Sequence record: JN849462.1
Strand: one strand, 5' to 3'
Length of the DNA: 64,000 nt
Notes under the pieces: generated by a model
Databases searched by the model: none
Told to the model about the DNA's origin: nothing
The model's input: the letters and a program-made list of their open reading frames with translations, nothing else
Position numbers and translations under genes: made by a program
Shown here: positions 41,201 through 50,110 of the stretch, in pieces
How the letters are laid out: each line of letters begins with the position of its first letter
Numbering within the stretch: position 1 is the first letter of the stretch

Positions 41201-41535
41201 TTTGTACCGTCATTATCTTGAAGCAACAGACGCGGAGAACCACCTCGAATCTCAATTTCATTCGCCGTATTTGTCAGTTTACCCGTCATCGTATCGCCGA
41301 TCTTTTGAACGTAGCCACCGCCCGCAATCGGGGCAAATCGAGCATCAGATTCAGCTTTTGTAAATGCAGAAGTCGTCCCACCGTTACCTAGTTCGCCTGG
41401 CAGTGGTGTGTCGTGTTCTGTGTAAATTTTGTAGCCTTGGTAGCGGATAGTCTCGCCTTGCGGGTCAAAGCGAAGATTTCCTCCGTGCCAGACTATATTA
41501 CCACCAATCGCGGTAGTTGATCTTAGTTCTGCCAT
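38206..41535 (-). CDS. tail fibre protein with C-terminal S74 autochaperone
   Basis: YSDRRLKKNI...ETGVIAQEV; four HPNAD(K/T)WTTARTL modules; DSHTHDGRYY knots; late promoter 41566-41573. Confidence 0.9.
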   Translation of the reverse strand: MAELRSTTAIGGNIVWHGGNLRFDPQGETIRYQGYKIYTEHDTPLPGELGNGGTTSAFTKAESDARFAPIAGGGYVQKIGDTMTGKLTNTANEIEIRGGSPRLLLQDNDGTKRWYLINDGGNFSLRENDTATTRFRIDATAANFGIENIDINAKTAFRGFDSWLRINDQAAFTTGVYFGSSLVRTDGTLQVGSATASGFVVNTTAIKYKDNNVFHDGYHPNADKWTTARTLTTTLTGDVSGSASMTIDGSANATVTVTATVANDSHTHDGRYYTETESDARFANVAGDTFTGNVAISKAGGRLSFNETDYANNNSGINWITSAGQNLELIHEITDGDINTAGGNGQALIIRDNGSIASPAGLEVEGEIFAKVNQRVFHDAYHPNADKWTTARTLTIGNTGKSVDGTSNVTWTAKEITGDFYGGMYKYRRDYAVNINAPAKLLDQNGAAITQGSIRVRAVITGTGTTDTASSATFTNINGAWTVVNTTQSGASSNRINFFIDVDGDPAVSTWHTSNYTVEVYHEFVNTSGNYHSNFWGIDGVLSSVDGILKYGSNNVFHDGYHPNADKWTTARTLTLNGDVSGAVSFDGSSNATMTVTVANDSHTHDGRYYTEAESNARFANVAGDTFTGRILTPYLSDISTSNLDTAGDGSGYSFMYATSTATNKPSGQDHAVLTQSYSDLWQTQLASDWRLNKWFVRTQENGIWKSWAQVFTDIYHPNADTWTTARTLTIGNTGKSVNGSANVAWSLAEIGAVSKAGDTINGQLTIRHTNVQLNLMDSTYSDNYWQLDHQNGVMAFRYNGSASDDFRLNENGTAVFAHSVTAPTFVGSLSGNATSATTATSATTATTATYLGSSLISSNGGQDFKIRDKRALVGTTSNLIVNYGNDFTDVTVQSALLSTGRMTAYGSAASYAYASHYTSQAPFYHYTSSSGTSEYHAFMKGDINHSGGRYQHSFGAILSSSGAHTAQIVSSLNSSTTKQWSFQYSTGNFTAPGNVTAYSDRRLKKNIKLIDNALNKVGELNGYTYDKRSSFDSDEYIRETGVIAQEVEKVLPEAVMESDDEDRILSVAYGNMNGLLIEAIKELNAKVDTLQNEVQELKRPWWKKLLRL

Positions 41536-41606
41536 GTTATTCTCTCATTGAGTACGTTTATCATGTATTTATGAAGATACAAAAAAAGCTCCCGAAGGAG
41601 CTTTTA

Positions 41607-44600
41607 TTAACTTAGTAGTGCTTCTAGTCTAGCGATTCGTTCTTCAAGAGCTTCGCGTTTGCGCTTCTCTTCTTTGATACCCTCGATCAATAGACCAACC
41701 ATATTTCCGTATGCAACTGCATAGTGACCATCAGCATCGCCACCGGATTCAACAACAGCTTCTGGTAGAACTTCAAGAACTTCTTGAGCAATTACACCAG
41801 TTTGTCGCGGACATTCAACGTCTGTACGGTCATATGTGTAACCATTCAGACGGTCAATCTTCTCAAGCGGATTTGTGATTCGCTCAACGTTAGTCTTGAC
41901 TCGCGCATCCGAGTATGCTGTAATATTACCAGCAGATTGAATGCTTTGATAGTAGTAGAAACCACTTGTCGCATCAGTTGAGTTATGAATCCATGATGTA
42001 TTACGAGCTCCGAAATGCCATGTCTTCCCGTTGTCAGAACGAAAAAGCCAGCTACCTTCGTTTGCCGAGTTTTGCATATATCGTGTAGTATCGCCACCCA
42101 ATGCAATGACGTTCTTAACCATCAGGTTACCGCCAGTCGTCAACGACATTGCCCCATCAGTCGCTGAGTCACCCTCATCACGCCACAAGAATCCACGATC
42201 CGTATCGTTGTTCATTGTGAACGTCATTGCGTAGTCATTCAACCAACCAAAGGATTGTGCGCTTGCCATGCCAATTGTATATGAACCACTAGACCACACT
42301 CGAATCTTATCATAAGAAGAAACACCAGTTGAGATCAATGTCCCATTGACTGTGAAGCTTCCATCAGAATGAGTATGATTGTGTGAATCATCCGCAACTG
42401 CAACAGATAATGTAACGTTTGCGCTACCGTCGATTGAAGCAGAACCACTCACATCGCCGTTCAGAGTCAGAGTACGAGCCGTAGTCCACTTATCTGCCAA
42501 CGGGTGATAAGATGAGTTGTAGTTCGCACGCCATCCCGGTGAATATCCAGACCCATTATCAATGTATATGAATTCTTGTCTAGTTGTCGCACCAGAAGCA
42601 GTTGTCGGTGTAATAACTTTGATTGTGCAGTTTGTTGTTGAAGTACCATGAACTTCAATCACAGAACCCGCAGTACCAAACACACCAAATCCAGTGTCTA
42701 CCGTCACCTGAGCAGCATATGACCAACTACCACGACATGTCCAATACCAAGTTGAGAACGCGCCTTGTGCAGACAGCAATGAAATAAATTCAGCAGTCGT
42801 TACTCGATTATTTGTCCCAAATGAAATTTGACCTGCACCGTTAGTGCCTGTAACCTCTTGAGGAGACCATGATACGTTCGCTGTACCGTTTACAGACTTG
42901 CCAGTTTTCCCGATTGTCAACGTACGAGCAGTCGTCCACTTCGTCGCTTGTGTAGCTGAAGTCGCAGATGTCGCAGTCGTAGCGTTACCACTCAATTCCC
43001 CGATGAATGTCGGTGCTGTGATATTGACAGTCGATGTAATTGAAGTACTATTAACCGAAAATTGTTTATTGTCAGCTAGTATACCACCGACGCCAAGAAC
43101 AACCTCACCTGCCGTGTTTGAGTTGTGCAAATACACAGCAGTTCGGTTACCAATCAATCCAAATTTATCAACTTTAACCGTTTCAGATGCAGGAGCCGTA
43201 TTGCCAGCAGAGTCAGTGATGATCAATGATGAACTCATCGTATCACCAGTTTTCTGTACGTAGCCGCCGCCCGCAATAGGTGCGAATCTCGCGTCTGCTT
43301 CAGTCTCGGTGTAGTATCGACCATCGTGCGTATGTGAGTCATTAGCAACCACAACAGACAAGGTAACGTTTGAGCTACCGTCGATTGAAGCAGAACCACT
43401 TACATCGCCGTTCAGAGTCAATGTTCTTGCAGTTGTCCACTTATCAGCCAATGGGTGATATTCATCATCAAAAATCTTCATCCACGCTGAACTAACACCA
43501 GACTCTCGACGCTTCCACCATAGACGATTACTATTCTGACCCATAGCAAGAGTCATTGCATAACCGTTACCATTGTTGTGCTCAGTATGAACACCCCACA
43601 TCCAACCAGTTTCTTCAGCAGGTTTACCCGTGATTGAGCTATTTACATCAATGAAACCGCTTCGTTGGTAATCATCAATGTCACCAGAAGATAGCTGCAT
43701 CGAGCCGATTTTACCGCCAGATGTTCCACCAAAACCGTAAACCACGTTACTTGACTGAGCTTGTGTAGTAGGTACATTCAAGTAACCAGTCATCGTATCG
43801 CCAGTCGCGTTTACGAAACGAGCATCAGATTCTGCTTCGGTGTAGTAACGACCATCGTGAGTATGAGAGTCGTCAGCAACTGTAACTGCGAGTGAAATAT
43901 TCGAGCTACCATCAAACGAAACTGATCCACTAACATCACCAGATAACGTCAACGTTCTTGCAGTTGTCCACTTATCAGCTTCTGGGTGGTAGTCGGTGTG
44001 GTACATATAAACCCAGTCTTCCCACACGTCTGAGTATCTCGTACGAAGTGCAATTGTACCTGAGTTGCCGCTTATACCATATGGGTAAGCAACTTGAGTC
44101 GCGTTAGTAGTCGAACCATATGTCATTGTCTGAGCATACCAGTAACCAGTAAACCCAGCAGGTCGATTTAGACCTTGTGATAACTTGTTGTAAAAGCCAC
44201 CTCGATAAAGAGTATCCCAGTCAACTGTGGTATCAACACCCGATAGAGTACGCCCCGTCGCGATATATTCAGGGTTACTTGCGCTCAGACCAACTTCAGC
44301 GTATGTTGTATGATTTGGAACAACTGTATTGATAGTGACGTTTGAACTACCATCAATTGAAACTGAACCAGTTACTTCGCCTGATAGAGTAAGCGTTCTT
44401 GCAGTCGTCCATTTATCGGCATTTGGGTGATAGTTGTCTGCAAAAATTCGCTGCGTTGTGTTTAGATAACCAATACCGTTGATAACAACGTTGTTGTTTG
44501 ATCTAGAACCGTACATTACAACCGATTCAGAATTCGATTCACGTCTGATAATCTGCCATTGATTTACATCGCCATCATAGTGATAACGAACCCCGTGATT

Positions 44601-44882
44601 TCCGTTGTCCTCAGTCAAGTATAGACTTGCATCGGTGCTTGCAGTACTGCTCAAGTGCAATTGCGCAGTCGATTTGGCGATTTGCAAATCGCCACTCATG
44701 ACATCACCAGCACGTTTAACAACAGACTCGGTTAAATCTGTATGCGGGTCTGGCTTGTCATTTTCTGTATAAAGTTTGTAGCCATTGTAAAGTACTGTTT
44801 CTCCTTGCGGATCGAAACGCAAATTACCGCCATGCCAAACTATGTTACCGCCAATCGCGGTTGTTGAACGTAATTCTGCCAT
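41607..44882 (-). CDS. tail fibre protein with C-terminal S74 autochaperone (paralog)
   Basis: Same N-terminus MAELRSTTAIGGNIVWHGGNLRFDPQGET; five KWTTARTL modules; YSDARVKTNV. Confidence 0.9.
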   Translation of the reverse strand: MAELRSTTAIGGNIVWHGGNLRFDPQGETVLYNGYKLYTENDKPDPHTDLTESVVKRAGDVMSGDLQIAKSTAQLHLSSTASTDASLYLTEDNGNHGVRYHYDGDVNQWQIIRRESNSESVVMYGSRSNNNVVINGIGYLNTTQRIFADNYHPNADKWTTARTLTLSGEVTGSVSIDGSSNVTINTVVPNHTTYAEVGLSASNPEYIATGRTLSGVDTTVDWDTLYRGGFYNKLSQGLNRPAGFTGYWYAQTMTYGSTTNATQVAYPYGISGNSGTIALRTRYSDVWEDWVYMYHTDYHPEADKWTTARTLTLSGDVSGSVSFDGSSNISLAVTVADDSHTHDGRYYTEAESDARFVNATGDTMTGYLNVPTTQAQSSNVVYGFGGTSGGKIGSMQLSSGDIDDYQRSGFIDVNSSITGKPAEETGWMWGVHTEHNNGNGYAMTLAMGQNSNRLWWKRRESGVSSAWMKIFDDEYHPLADKWTTARTLTLNGDVSGSASIDGSSNVTLSVVVANDSHTHDGRYYTETEADARFAPIAGGGYVQKTGDTMSSSLIITDSAGNTAPASETVKVDKFGLIGNRTAVYLHNSNTAGEVVLGVGGILADNKQFSVNSTSITSTVNITAPTFIGELSGNATTATSATSATQATKWTTARTLTIGKTGKSVNGTANVSWSPQEVTGTNGAGQISFGTNNRVTTAEFISLLSAQGAFSTWYWTCRGSWSYAAQVTVDTGFGVFGTAGSVIEVHGTSTTNCTIKVITPTTASGATTRQEFIYIDNGSGYSPGWRANYNSSYHPLADKWTTARTLTLNGDVSGSASIDGSANVTLSVAVADDSHNHTHSDGSFTVNGTLISTGVSSYDKIRVWSSGSYTIGMASAQSFGWLNDYAMTFTMNNDTDRGFLWRDEGDSATDGAMSLTTGGNLMVKNVIALGGDTTRYMQNSANEGSWLFRSDNGKTWHFGARNTSWIHNSTDATSGFYYYQSIQSAGNITAYSDARVKTNVERITNPLEKIDRLNGYTYDRTDVECPRQTGVIAQEVLEVLPEAVVESGGDADGHYAVAYGNMVGLLIEGIKEEKRKREALEERIARLEALLS

Positions 44883-44946
44883 TAGTTTCATTCCATTTAT
44901 TGAAATTTTTCATATGACAGTATTTATTATGCCGTAAAAAAGGGCG

Positions 44947-45471
44947 CTATTTGCGCCCTTTACGATTTGCCTTATTTGCTTTTCTTTTTGCTCTACGCAA
45001 TTCTTTGCGTTTTGCGATTTTGTCTGCACGTCTAACTGCATCATAATCCGCAGCACACGACGCAGCAAACGCATCAGGCTTGAAAACGGGTTCTTGACCC
45101 ACGTATCCCAAGATAGTGCCCTTAGCTTCGTTATACGCAACGTGTGAACGATGGGATGGGTCTGGGTTGATGTCAACGTGAACTTCAAACCCACGAGTAC
45201 CACACATTGGCTTAACACGCAGGGCGGTTTCACCTGCTTTATAGACTTCATTCATCAAACGACTACGAATACCATCTTTACAAGACATGTACGCTGGTTC
45301 AGTTTCGATAGATTTGAATACTTGAGCGCCTTTACTACCCTCAAGGTGAATGATGATTACAGTAGCGTAACTAATCATATCACTCTTACGCTTGCTATCA
45401 CACCCAACATAAATCGTACTGTTCGGATGACTGTTATTGATAGCTGTTTCAATTGCTTCCCAATCGAACAT
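44947..45471 (-). CDS. RNase H-like YkuK-family protein
   Basis: IYVGCDS, EVYK, EVHVDINPD, AADY. Confidence 0.75.
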   Translation of the reverse strand: MFDWEAIETAINNSHPNSTIYVGCDSKRKSDMISYATVIIIHLEGSKGAQVFKSIETEPAYMSCKDGIRSRLMNEVYKAGETALRVKPMCGTRGFEVHVDINPDPSHRSHVAYNEAKGTILGYVGQEPVFKPDAFAASCAADYDAVRRADKIAKRKELRRAKRKANKANRKGRK

Positions 45472-45521
45472 TTTCACCTCTGTACAAAAAAGGGCAGCAC
45501 AATGCCGCCCTTATCACTTAT

Positions 45522-46958
45522 TTAAAAGCTGTAGCGATCAACGCCTACAGTTTTCAGCATGATCTTGACTGGCTCAAGCTCACCACCCAACAGTGAAGTC
45601 AGGATAGATGGGCTACAACCCGATACCAGTGCAGTACCCGCTTCGCCAGCTTTAACCGGAACGTTGCCAAGACGACCACGAATGTTCCAGAAGACCAGTT
45701 GTGGCATTTCATAGCCAGCACGTGCGTACATAGCTTTGATTGCGTCGAAGTTTGCACGTTCTCCGCGACCGTACCAGCCACCACCAGTATTTGCTTGGTC
45801 GAATTCCATGTCGCTCATGATAAGCAACTTAGTCGGCATTTCTTCTTGTGAAAGATTTGCACGTTTCGCACGTTCTAACAGAACGTTGAAGCACTTACCG
45901 ATGTTTGTGCTCATGTCTTCGCCTGATCGATTCATGTTGTCAAGACGCTCTTTTAATGAGCTACCGCGTAACTGGTGGAAGTGCGGATCGCTTGAGAACG
46001 AAATGAACTGATCTTTGAAGATGCCTTCATTGCGTTCAGCAACATAGATGCCAAGAGACATTGCAACTTGCTTACAAGTAACGCCTGAGCGGTCTGTACC
46101 TGCGTTGATTGGCGTGCTCATAGAGCCAGACACGTCAACAACTGGGATGATGCGCTCATCAGAGCCTTCCATGTAGTTCGGCAGAGCTTTCCATTGCTCG
46201 TTCGCTACAGACGCATTACCATGACTAACGCTCTTAACGACATCATATGGGAACAAAGCACCAGCGTTGATCTTCGCTTCACCTTTTTGAAGCGACTCGA
46301 TGTAGCTTGTGTAACGAGCAGAAGCGTTACGACCGAATGCTTGTTGATAACGAGCAGACGCTACAGATGGCAACTTACCGAAGTCGATTGCATCCCATTC
46401 TTGCGCACACATCTTCTGTTCAACAGTGTCAGACAAAAGTGCTAGAATCTTACGCCACTGCTTCGCAGTTACACCAAGAGACTTGATTGTGCGCTTGAAC
46501 ACATGACCGTTTTTGCTGTTCTCGCGTGGGAACCACTTCGCAGCGAGACCGTTCTTGTCATTTACAATCGCATTTGACCACAGCGTGATCGCGTCTTTTT
46601 CAAGACTTGTGCCGAAAGCAGAAATCAAGTCGTCGAAACGACCTAGTTCTGGAATTTTCGACATTACAGCACGAGCTACGTCAGGCTGCTCATTACAAAG
46701 CTTAGTGAATAGAGTACGGAAAGTACCACGTTCACCCGCACCACCGCGAACATCACGAGACCACAAAAGAATGCGTGTCGCTAGTTCTGGGTTTTCTGCA
46801 AACGCACGACCGAACAGTGTTTTAGACTGATCGTTACCACGCATAGCAGCAATACCGAAGAACAAGTTTAGACACTCGTTACCTGAAGTGCTGTGAGTAA
46901 CTGCACCGTTTGCTGTACGTGAATCGTTAGTGGTCATTGCGTTCATAAATGCTGACAT
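45522..46958 (-). CDS. TROVE/Ro60-like protein with C-terminal vWA domain (DUF2828 type)
   Basis: T.NGA, SRDVRGGAGER, GRFDDL, AAKWFPRE, KINAGALFPYD, MIDAS DVSGSM, SDMEFD, LVFWN, LVSG.SPS. Confidence 0.8.
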   Translation of the reverse strand: MSAFMNAMTTNDSRTANGAVTHSTSGNECLNLFFGIAAMRGNDQSKTLFGRAFAENPELATRILLWSRDVRGGAGERGTFRTLFTKLCNEQPDVARAVMSKIPELGRFDDLISAFGTSLEKDAITLWSNAIVNDKNGLAAKWFPRENSKNGHVFKRTIKSLGVTAKQWRKILALLSDTVEQKMCAQEWDAIDFGKLPSVASARYQQAFGRNASARYTSYIESLQKGEAKINAGALFPYDVVKSVSHGNASVANEQWKALPNYMEGSDERIIPVVDVSGSMSTPINAGTDRSGVTCKQVAMSLGIYVAERNEGIFKDQFISFSSDPHFHQLRGSSLKERLDNMNRSGEDMSTNIGKCFNVLLERAKRANLSQEEMPTKLLIMSDMEFDQANTGGGWYGRGERANFDAIKAMYARAGYEMPQLVFWNIRGRLGNVPVKAGEAGTALVSGCSPSILTSLLGGELEPVKIMLKTVGVDRYSF

Positions 46959-46992
46959 TGTTTATTCCTCATATTAAATTGCTGTAAAATGT
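46953..46992 (-). promoter_or_regulatory. putative translational operator hairpin of the TROVE-like gene
   Basis: mRNA GACAUU-UUA-CAGCAA-UUUAAU-AUGAGG-AAUAAAC-AAUGUC; GACAUU pairs with AAUGUC, which contains the AUG. Confidence 0.65.
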
Positions 46993-47007
46993 CGTTTTGA
47001 TGTGATG

Positions 47008-47037
47008 ATTATACACGGATTTGAACCTGTGTAAACA
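47008..47037 (-). promoter_or_regulatory. early promoter of the TROVE-like gene
   Basis: GTTTAC-17-TATAAT. Confidence 0.7.
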
Positions 47038-47050
47038 CTTTTTTCAATTT

Positions 47051-47365
47051 TTATCGAAAATTCATTCGAGTTAGATTCGTACCGTTTTCGTGAATCTCAA
47101 CTAGCACGCGACCGCCCGTTTCATAAGACGTTCGGAGAGAACGATAACCATGCTCTTCGAAGAATGTACGAATAATAGTCGCACCACGCTTGTCTTTATC
47201 AGCAGCGTGAATGGGCACTTTTACGATGATAGGGAAACTAGACCCTGACTCAACTGCGTGCATGAATTCTTTCTCACATTCGCTCGTGTAATGCTCGATA
47301 AGAATTCGTTTTTCTTCTGCTTCACGAGCGTGAATTTGTTGTTTGAGTTCATTATGATTAATCAT
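47051..47365 (-). CDS. hypothetical protein
   Basis: Coupled ORF. Confidence 0.55.
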   Translation of the reverse strand: MINHNELKQQIHAREAEEKRILIEHYTSECEKEFMHAVESGSSFPIIVKVPIHAADKDKRGATIIRTFFEEHGYRSLRTSYETGGRVLVEIHENGTNLTRMNFR

Positions 47366-47697
47366 TGAAACCCCGCTTGTTTGTTTTCTCGAATTGTCAA
47401 TTTGACAAAAGAATATGAGTAATCTCTCATATCACGCGGATCGCCAGAGTAATGTCCGAACTGTGCGTCGAAGTTATGAAAACCCTCGCGTCGCATGACG
47501 CCTTTGATGAGAGACATCATTTCATCACAACATTCATTGCGGTCAACATTCACCTGAATCGTGATTGGAAACTGAAACCCAGCAACGCCACCGATTTTAC
47601 GTTCGATTGCTTTGCGCATTTCAACTACGAAGAGTTCTTCACGAGTTGAGCGATTCTGTTTGACTTTTTGAATTAATGTATCGTATAAATTACCCAT
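47362..47697 (-). CDS. hypothetical protein
   Basis: Start reassigned; AAGGA RBS. Confidence 0.55.
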   Translation of the reverse strand: MGNLYDTLIQKVKQNRSTREELFVVEMRKAIERKIGGVAGFQFPITIQVNVDRNECCDEMMSLIKGVMRREGFHNFDAQFGHYSGDPRDMRDYSYSFVKLTIRENKQAGFQ

Positions 47698-48064
47698 CAA
47701 TATATTCCTTAATCGGCTTAGAAAAGTGACGAATACAAGAACTGTCAAGTCGTTTACGACCATCACCATCTATATCAGGTAGTGTGTATTCGTCATTAAA
47801 CGGCTGACCGCTTTCTTTCGCAATCTCATAGGCATCGGCTCGATTGAAGTATTCACCACAATAGTTGATAAACCCTTGACCGCGATCCCCGAGTTCGTTT
47901 CGATGTTCATATGTACAACCTAGTTCTTTCAATAACTTAAAGACTGATTGCATGTTTCGACCGAAATGGCAGCTATCAGCAACAACAATGTCGCGCACTT
48001 CACCGTTCGGTAGTGTTACTCGAATTGCATTAGCAGCAGACGATATTACATTGACGTGCGACAT
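47690..48064 (-). CDS. hypothetical protein
   Basis: CHF...QGFI...GEYFNRADAYEIA. Confidence 0.55.
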   Translation of the reverse strand: MSHVNVISSAANAIRVTLPNGEVRDIVVADSCHFGRNMQSVFKLLKELGCTYEHRNELGDRGQGFINYCGEYFNRADAYEIAKESGQPFNDEYTLPDIDGDGRKRLDSSCIRHFSKPIKEYIDG

Positions 48065-48405
48065 GTATCGTACCTCATAAAAATTGAACCAACGCGCTTA
48101 TACTGACCAGAGTGAGAAAGCAACAGAGCCATTTTACTATGGCCAACGGGATTGCTTGTCACTAGAACAACAGTGCGCGGAAAATTACGATGATCAATCG
48201 CATGAGAGAGAATATCATACCCCTCTCTACCAACATCATCACCTAGGTCATTGTCCATGAATAGCGTGATGTCAGTTAGATTTGTGTGCTTGACAAAATT
48301 CATACCGTCTTCGAATGTACGAAGAACTAGCTTTTCATCGTCGCGTACATAATCTGACGTGTATTTGTCAATACTGCGAAGATCATCAATCATAACGTAG
48401 TACAT
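48046..48405 (-). CDS. cyclic-phosphate-processing receiver-like domain protein
   Basis: IDDLR, RTFED, MDNDLG, GYDIL, TSNPVG. Confidence 0.6.
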   Translation of the reverse strand: MYYVMIDDLRSIDKYTSDYVRDDEKLVLRTFEDGMNFVKHTNLTDITLFMDNDLGDDVGREGYDILSHAIDHRNFPRTVVLVTSNPVGHSKMALLLSHSGQYKRVGSIFMRYDTCRTSM

Positions 48406-48467
48406 AATATTTCTCTTTCGATAGTGTTGATAAATACATCATACAGGTTCAACAAACGGAAGTCAAC

Positions 48468-48839
48468 ATGAACGACGAAAAAATTATTTCTTTTGATGAA
48501 TATCTAAATGAAGGGTGGTTTGAAAGGCAATGGGCTAGATATAAGGCAGGTGAAGATGCACGCAGCATAAAGAAACTAGCTAAGATGCATACCAAGCTTC
48601 TGCACATCGAACAGAAAGCAAAGCAAAACAAATACCGATACGAAGCCGTACGGTTCAACTACGAACACATCAAAATGAATGTGCTCGATGCCAAGAAGCT
48701 AATTAACAAGCTGCGATACAAGAAAGGGATTAGTCAAGAGCTAGTTCAGGCAATGGATAAACTAGACATTGAACTTGATAGACTCAACGACTTTGCCGTT
48801 GAGGGATTGCATGAGCTAATGATTCAACATAAGCTATAA
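48468..48839 (+). CDS. late protein, internal-head-like
   Basis: SFDEYLNE N-terminal motif; GATAAATA upstream. Confidence 0.5.
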   Translation: MNDEKIISFDEYLNEGWFERQWARYKAGEDARSIKKLAKMHTKLLHIEQKAKQNKYRYEAVRFNYEHIKMNVLDAKKLINKLRYKKGISQELVQAMDKLDIELDRLNDFAVEGLHELMIQHKL

Positions 48840-48869
48840 AAGAAAAGCCCCGTTTTGGGGCTTTTTTGT

Positions 48870-49082
48870 TTAATGTGAGTGGCGTAACTTCTTTTCGATC
48901 ATTCGATCTACAATCGTGGAGTACATAAGATGCTCTTTGTAGTATTTCTCATCAACTCGGTTGCACTGGAATTGTCGAAAATCTTTGCGTAAGCGGGCAA
49001 TGAATTTATTAAGTGCTTTGCGCACTTTGCAAACTTCAGACAGTTCCATGCTTTTTAGTGTATCTTCAGAAAGTATTTCCAT
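48870..49082 (-). CDS. hypothetical protein
   Basis: GAGG RBS. Confidence 0.5.
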   Translation of the reverse strand: MEILSEDTLKSMELSEVCKVRKALNKFIARLRKDFRQFQCNRVDEKYYKEHLMYSTIVDRMIEKKLRHSH

Positions 49083-49110
49083 GATTGTTCACCTCTTAGT
49101 TAATAGAATA

Positions 49111-49156
49111 CGGGAGACACGGGAATCGAACCCATTGCCTTGACCACATATCTCCC
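49111..49156 (-). ncRNA. 46-nt mini-tRNA (acceptor stem, D-loop remnant and T-arm; no anticodon arm)
   Basis: GGGAGAU-AUGUGGUCAAGGCA-AUGGG-UUCGAUU-CCCGU-GUCUCCC-G. Confidence 0.55.
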
Positions 49157-49180
49157 ACTGAGAGTTACGCCAATCTGATT

Positions 49181-49405
49181 TTAATGTGCTAGACTCATCA
49201 AACGGCGCATACGTTCGCGTTCTGAAAGCTCATCTAAATTATCTACTTTCACCTCTTTGACTTCTTCTTTCGGCTCTTCTGTCTCATCTGTTTTACGAGC
49301 ATCGGGACCGATATTTTTCCAAAGTGGACTATTGCGCCAGTTGTCGTTGAAACCATTGCCTAGACCACGCCCTTCGCGTGCGTGCGATTTGTTATGAATG
49401 CTCAT
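49181..49405 (-). CDS. small charged protein
   Basis: Coupled ORF. Confidence 0.5.
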   Translation of the reverse strand: MSIHNKSHAREGRGLGNGFNDNWRNSPLWKNIGPDARKTDETEEPKEEVKEVKVDNLDELSERERMRRLMSLAH

Positions 49406-49608
49406 TATTCGTTTGATTTCTTTGTTACTTGTCTTGCAATACCTACAGCAGCAGCACCAGCAGCTACTTTAGCACCTGTCTTTGCCGCTTTACCGGCTTT
49501 CTTTGCACCAGACTTGACACGATCTTTGATAGAACGTTTCTTTTTCTTATCTTCTGGTCGAGATTCTTCAATTTCTGACATGAATTTGTCAAAGGTCTTT
49601 TCACTCAT
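49405..49608 (-). CDS. small basic internal-head-like protein
   Basis: KTFDKFMSE motif; K/A-rich. Confidence 0.5.
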   Translation of the reverse strand: MSEKTFDKFMSEIEESRPEDKKKKRSIKDRVKSGAKKAGKAAKTGAKVAAGAAAVGIARQVTKKSNE

Positions 49609-49645
49609 GACTTATCTCCAGTTAGTTGAGTTCATTTGTATTTAG

Positions 49646-50023
49646 TCATGAAAAATCGAACTTTCGGGTTAATTGCACATCAAATTTGCGCTCGAAACGA
49701 CAACGCTCAGTACCGTAAAGCACATCATCGAGCGTAAAGCGTTTACGTTTTTGCGTGTGTAGGTTCATATAACGCTCTAGAGCAGCTTCTGAGTCGAATT
49801 CAATACGTTCACAACGTCTTTGTTCGGATGTCTGAGAATAATCGCTTACAACGCGATACAGAAACAATCCGCGTATCACAACTGCATTAAGAGAATTTGA
49901 AGTTTTTACAGTAACGCCGTCAATATCACCGAATTCACTCATGGTAAAGATGATCTCTGAGTCTGGCATTTCAGCGACGCGCTTCATTTTAGCTATTGAT
50001 GTTCGTTTATTAGATTTGTACAT
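49646..50023 (-). CDS. hypothetical protein
   Basis: GAGG RBS. Confidence 0.5.
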   Translation of the reverse strand: MYKSNKRTSIAKMKRVAEMPDSEIIFTMSEFGDIDGVTVKTSNSLNAVVIRGLFLYRVVSDYSQTSEQRRCERIEFDSEAALERYMNLHTQKRKRFTLDDVLYGTERCRFERKFDVQLTRKFDFS

Positions 50024-50070
50024 TTTATCACCTCATAACGACTGTACACGATTTATCAGACACCATAAAC

Positions 50071-50095
50071 AAAAAAACCTGCTCAAGGCAGGTTT
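50071..50095 (-). terminator. terminator closing the RNA cluster
   Basis: AAACCTGC-CTTGA-GCAGGTTTTTTT. Confidence 0.75.
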
Positions 50096-50110
50096 AGATG
50101 TGCAATACAC

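Noticed and set aside
38206-44882. Diversity-generating retroelement or invertase acting on the fibres
   Set aside because: No reverse transcriptase, no adenine-specific TR/VR pair and no recombinase with inverted sites in the window.
47014-47030. T-loop-like GGTTCAAATCC upstream of the TROVE-like gene
   Set aside because: It lies in the promoter spacer upstream of the predicted start site, with no acceptor stem; likely coincidence.
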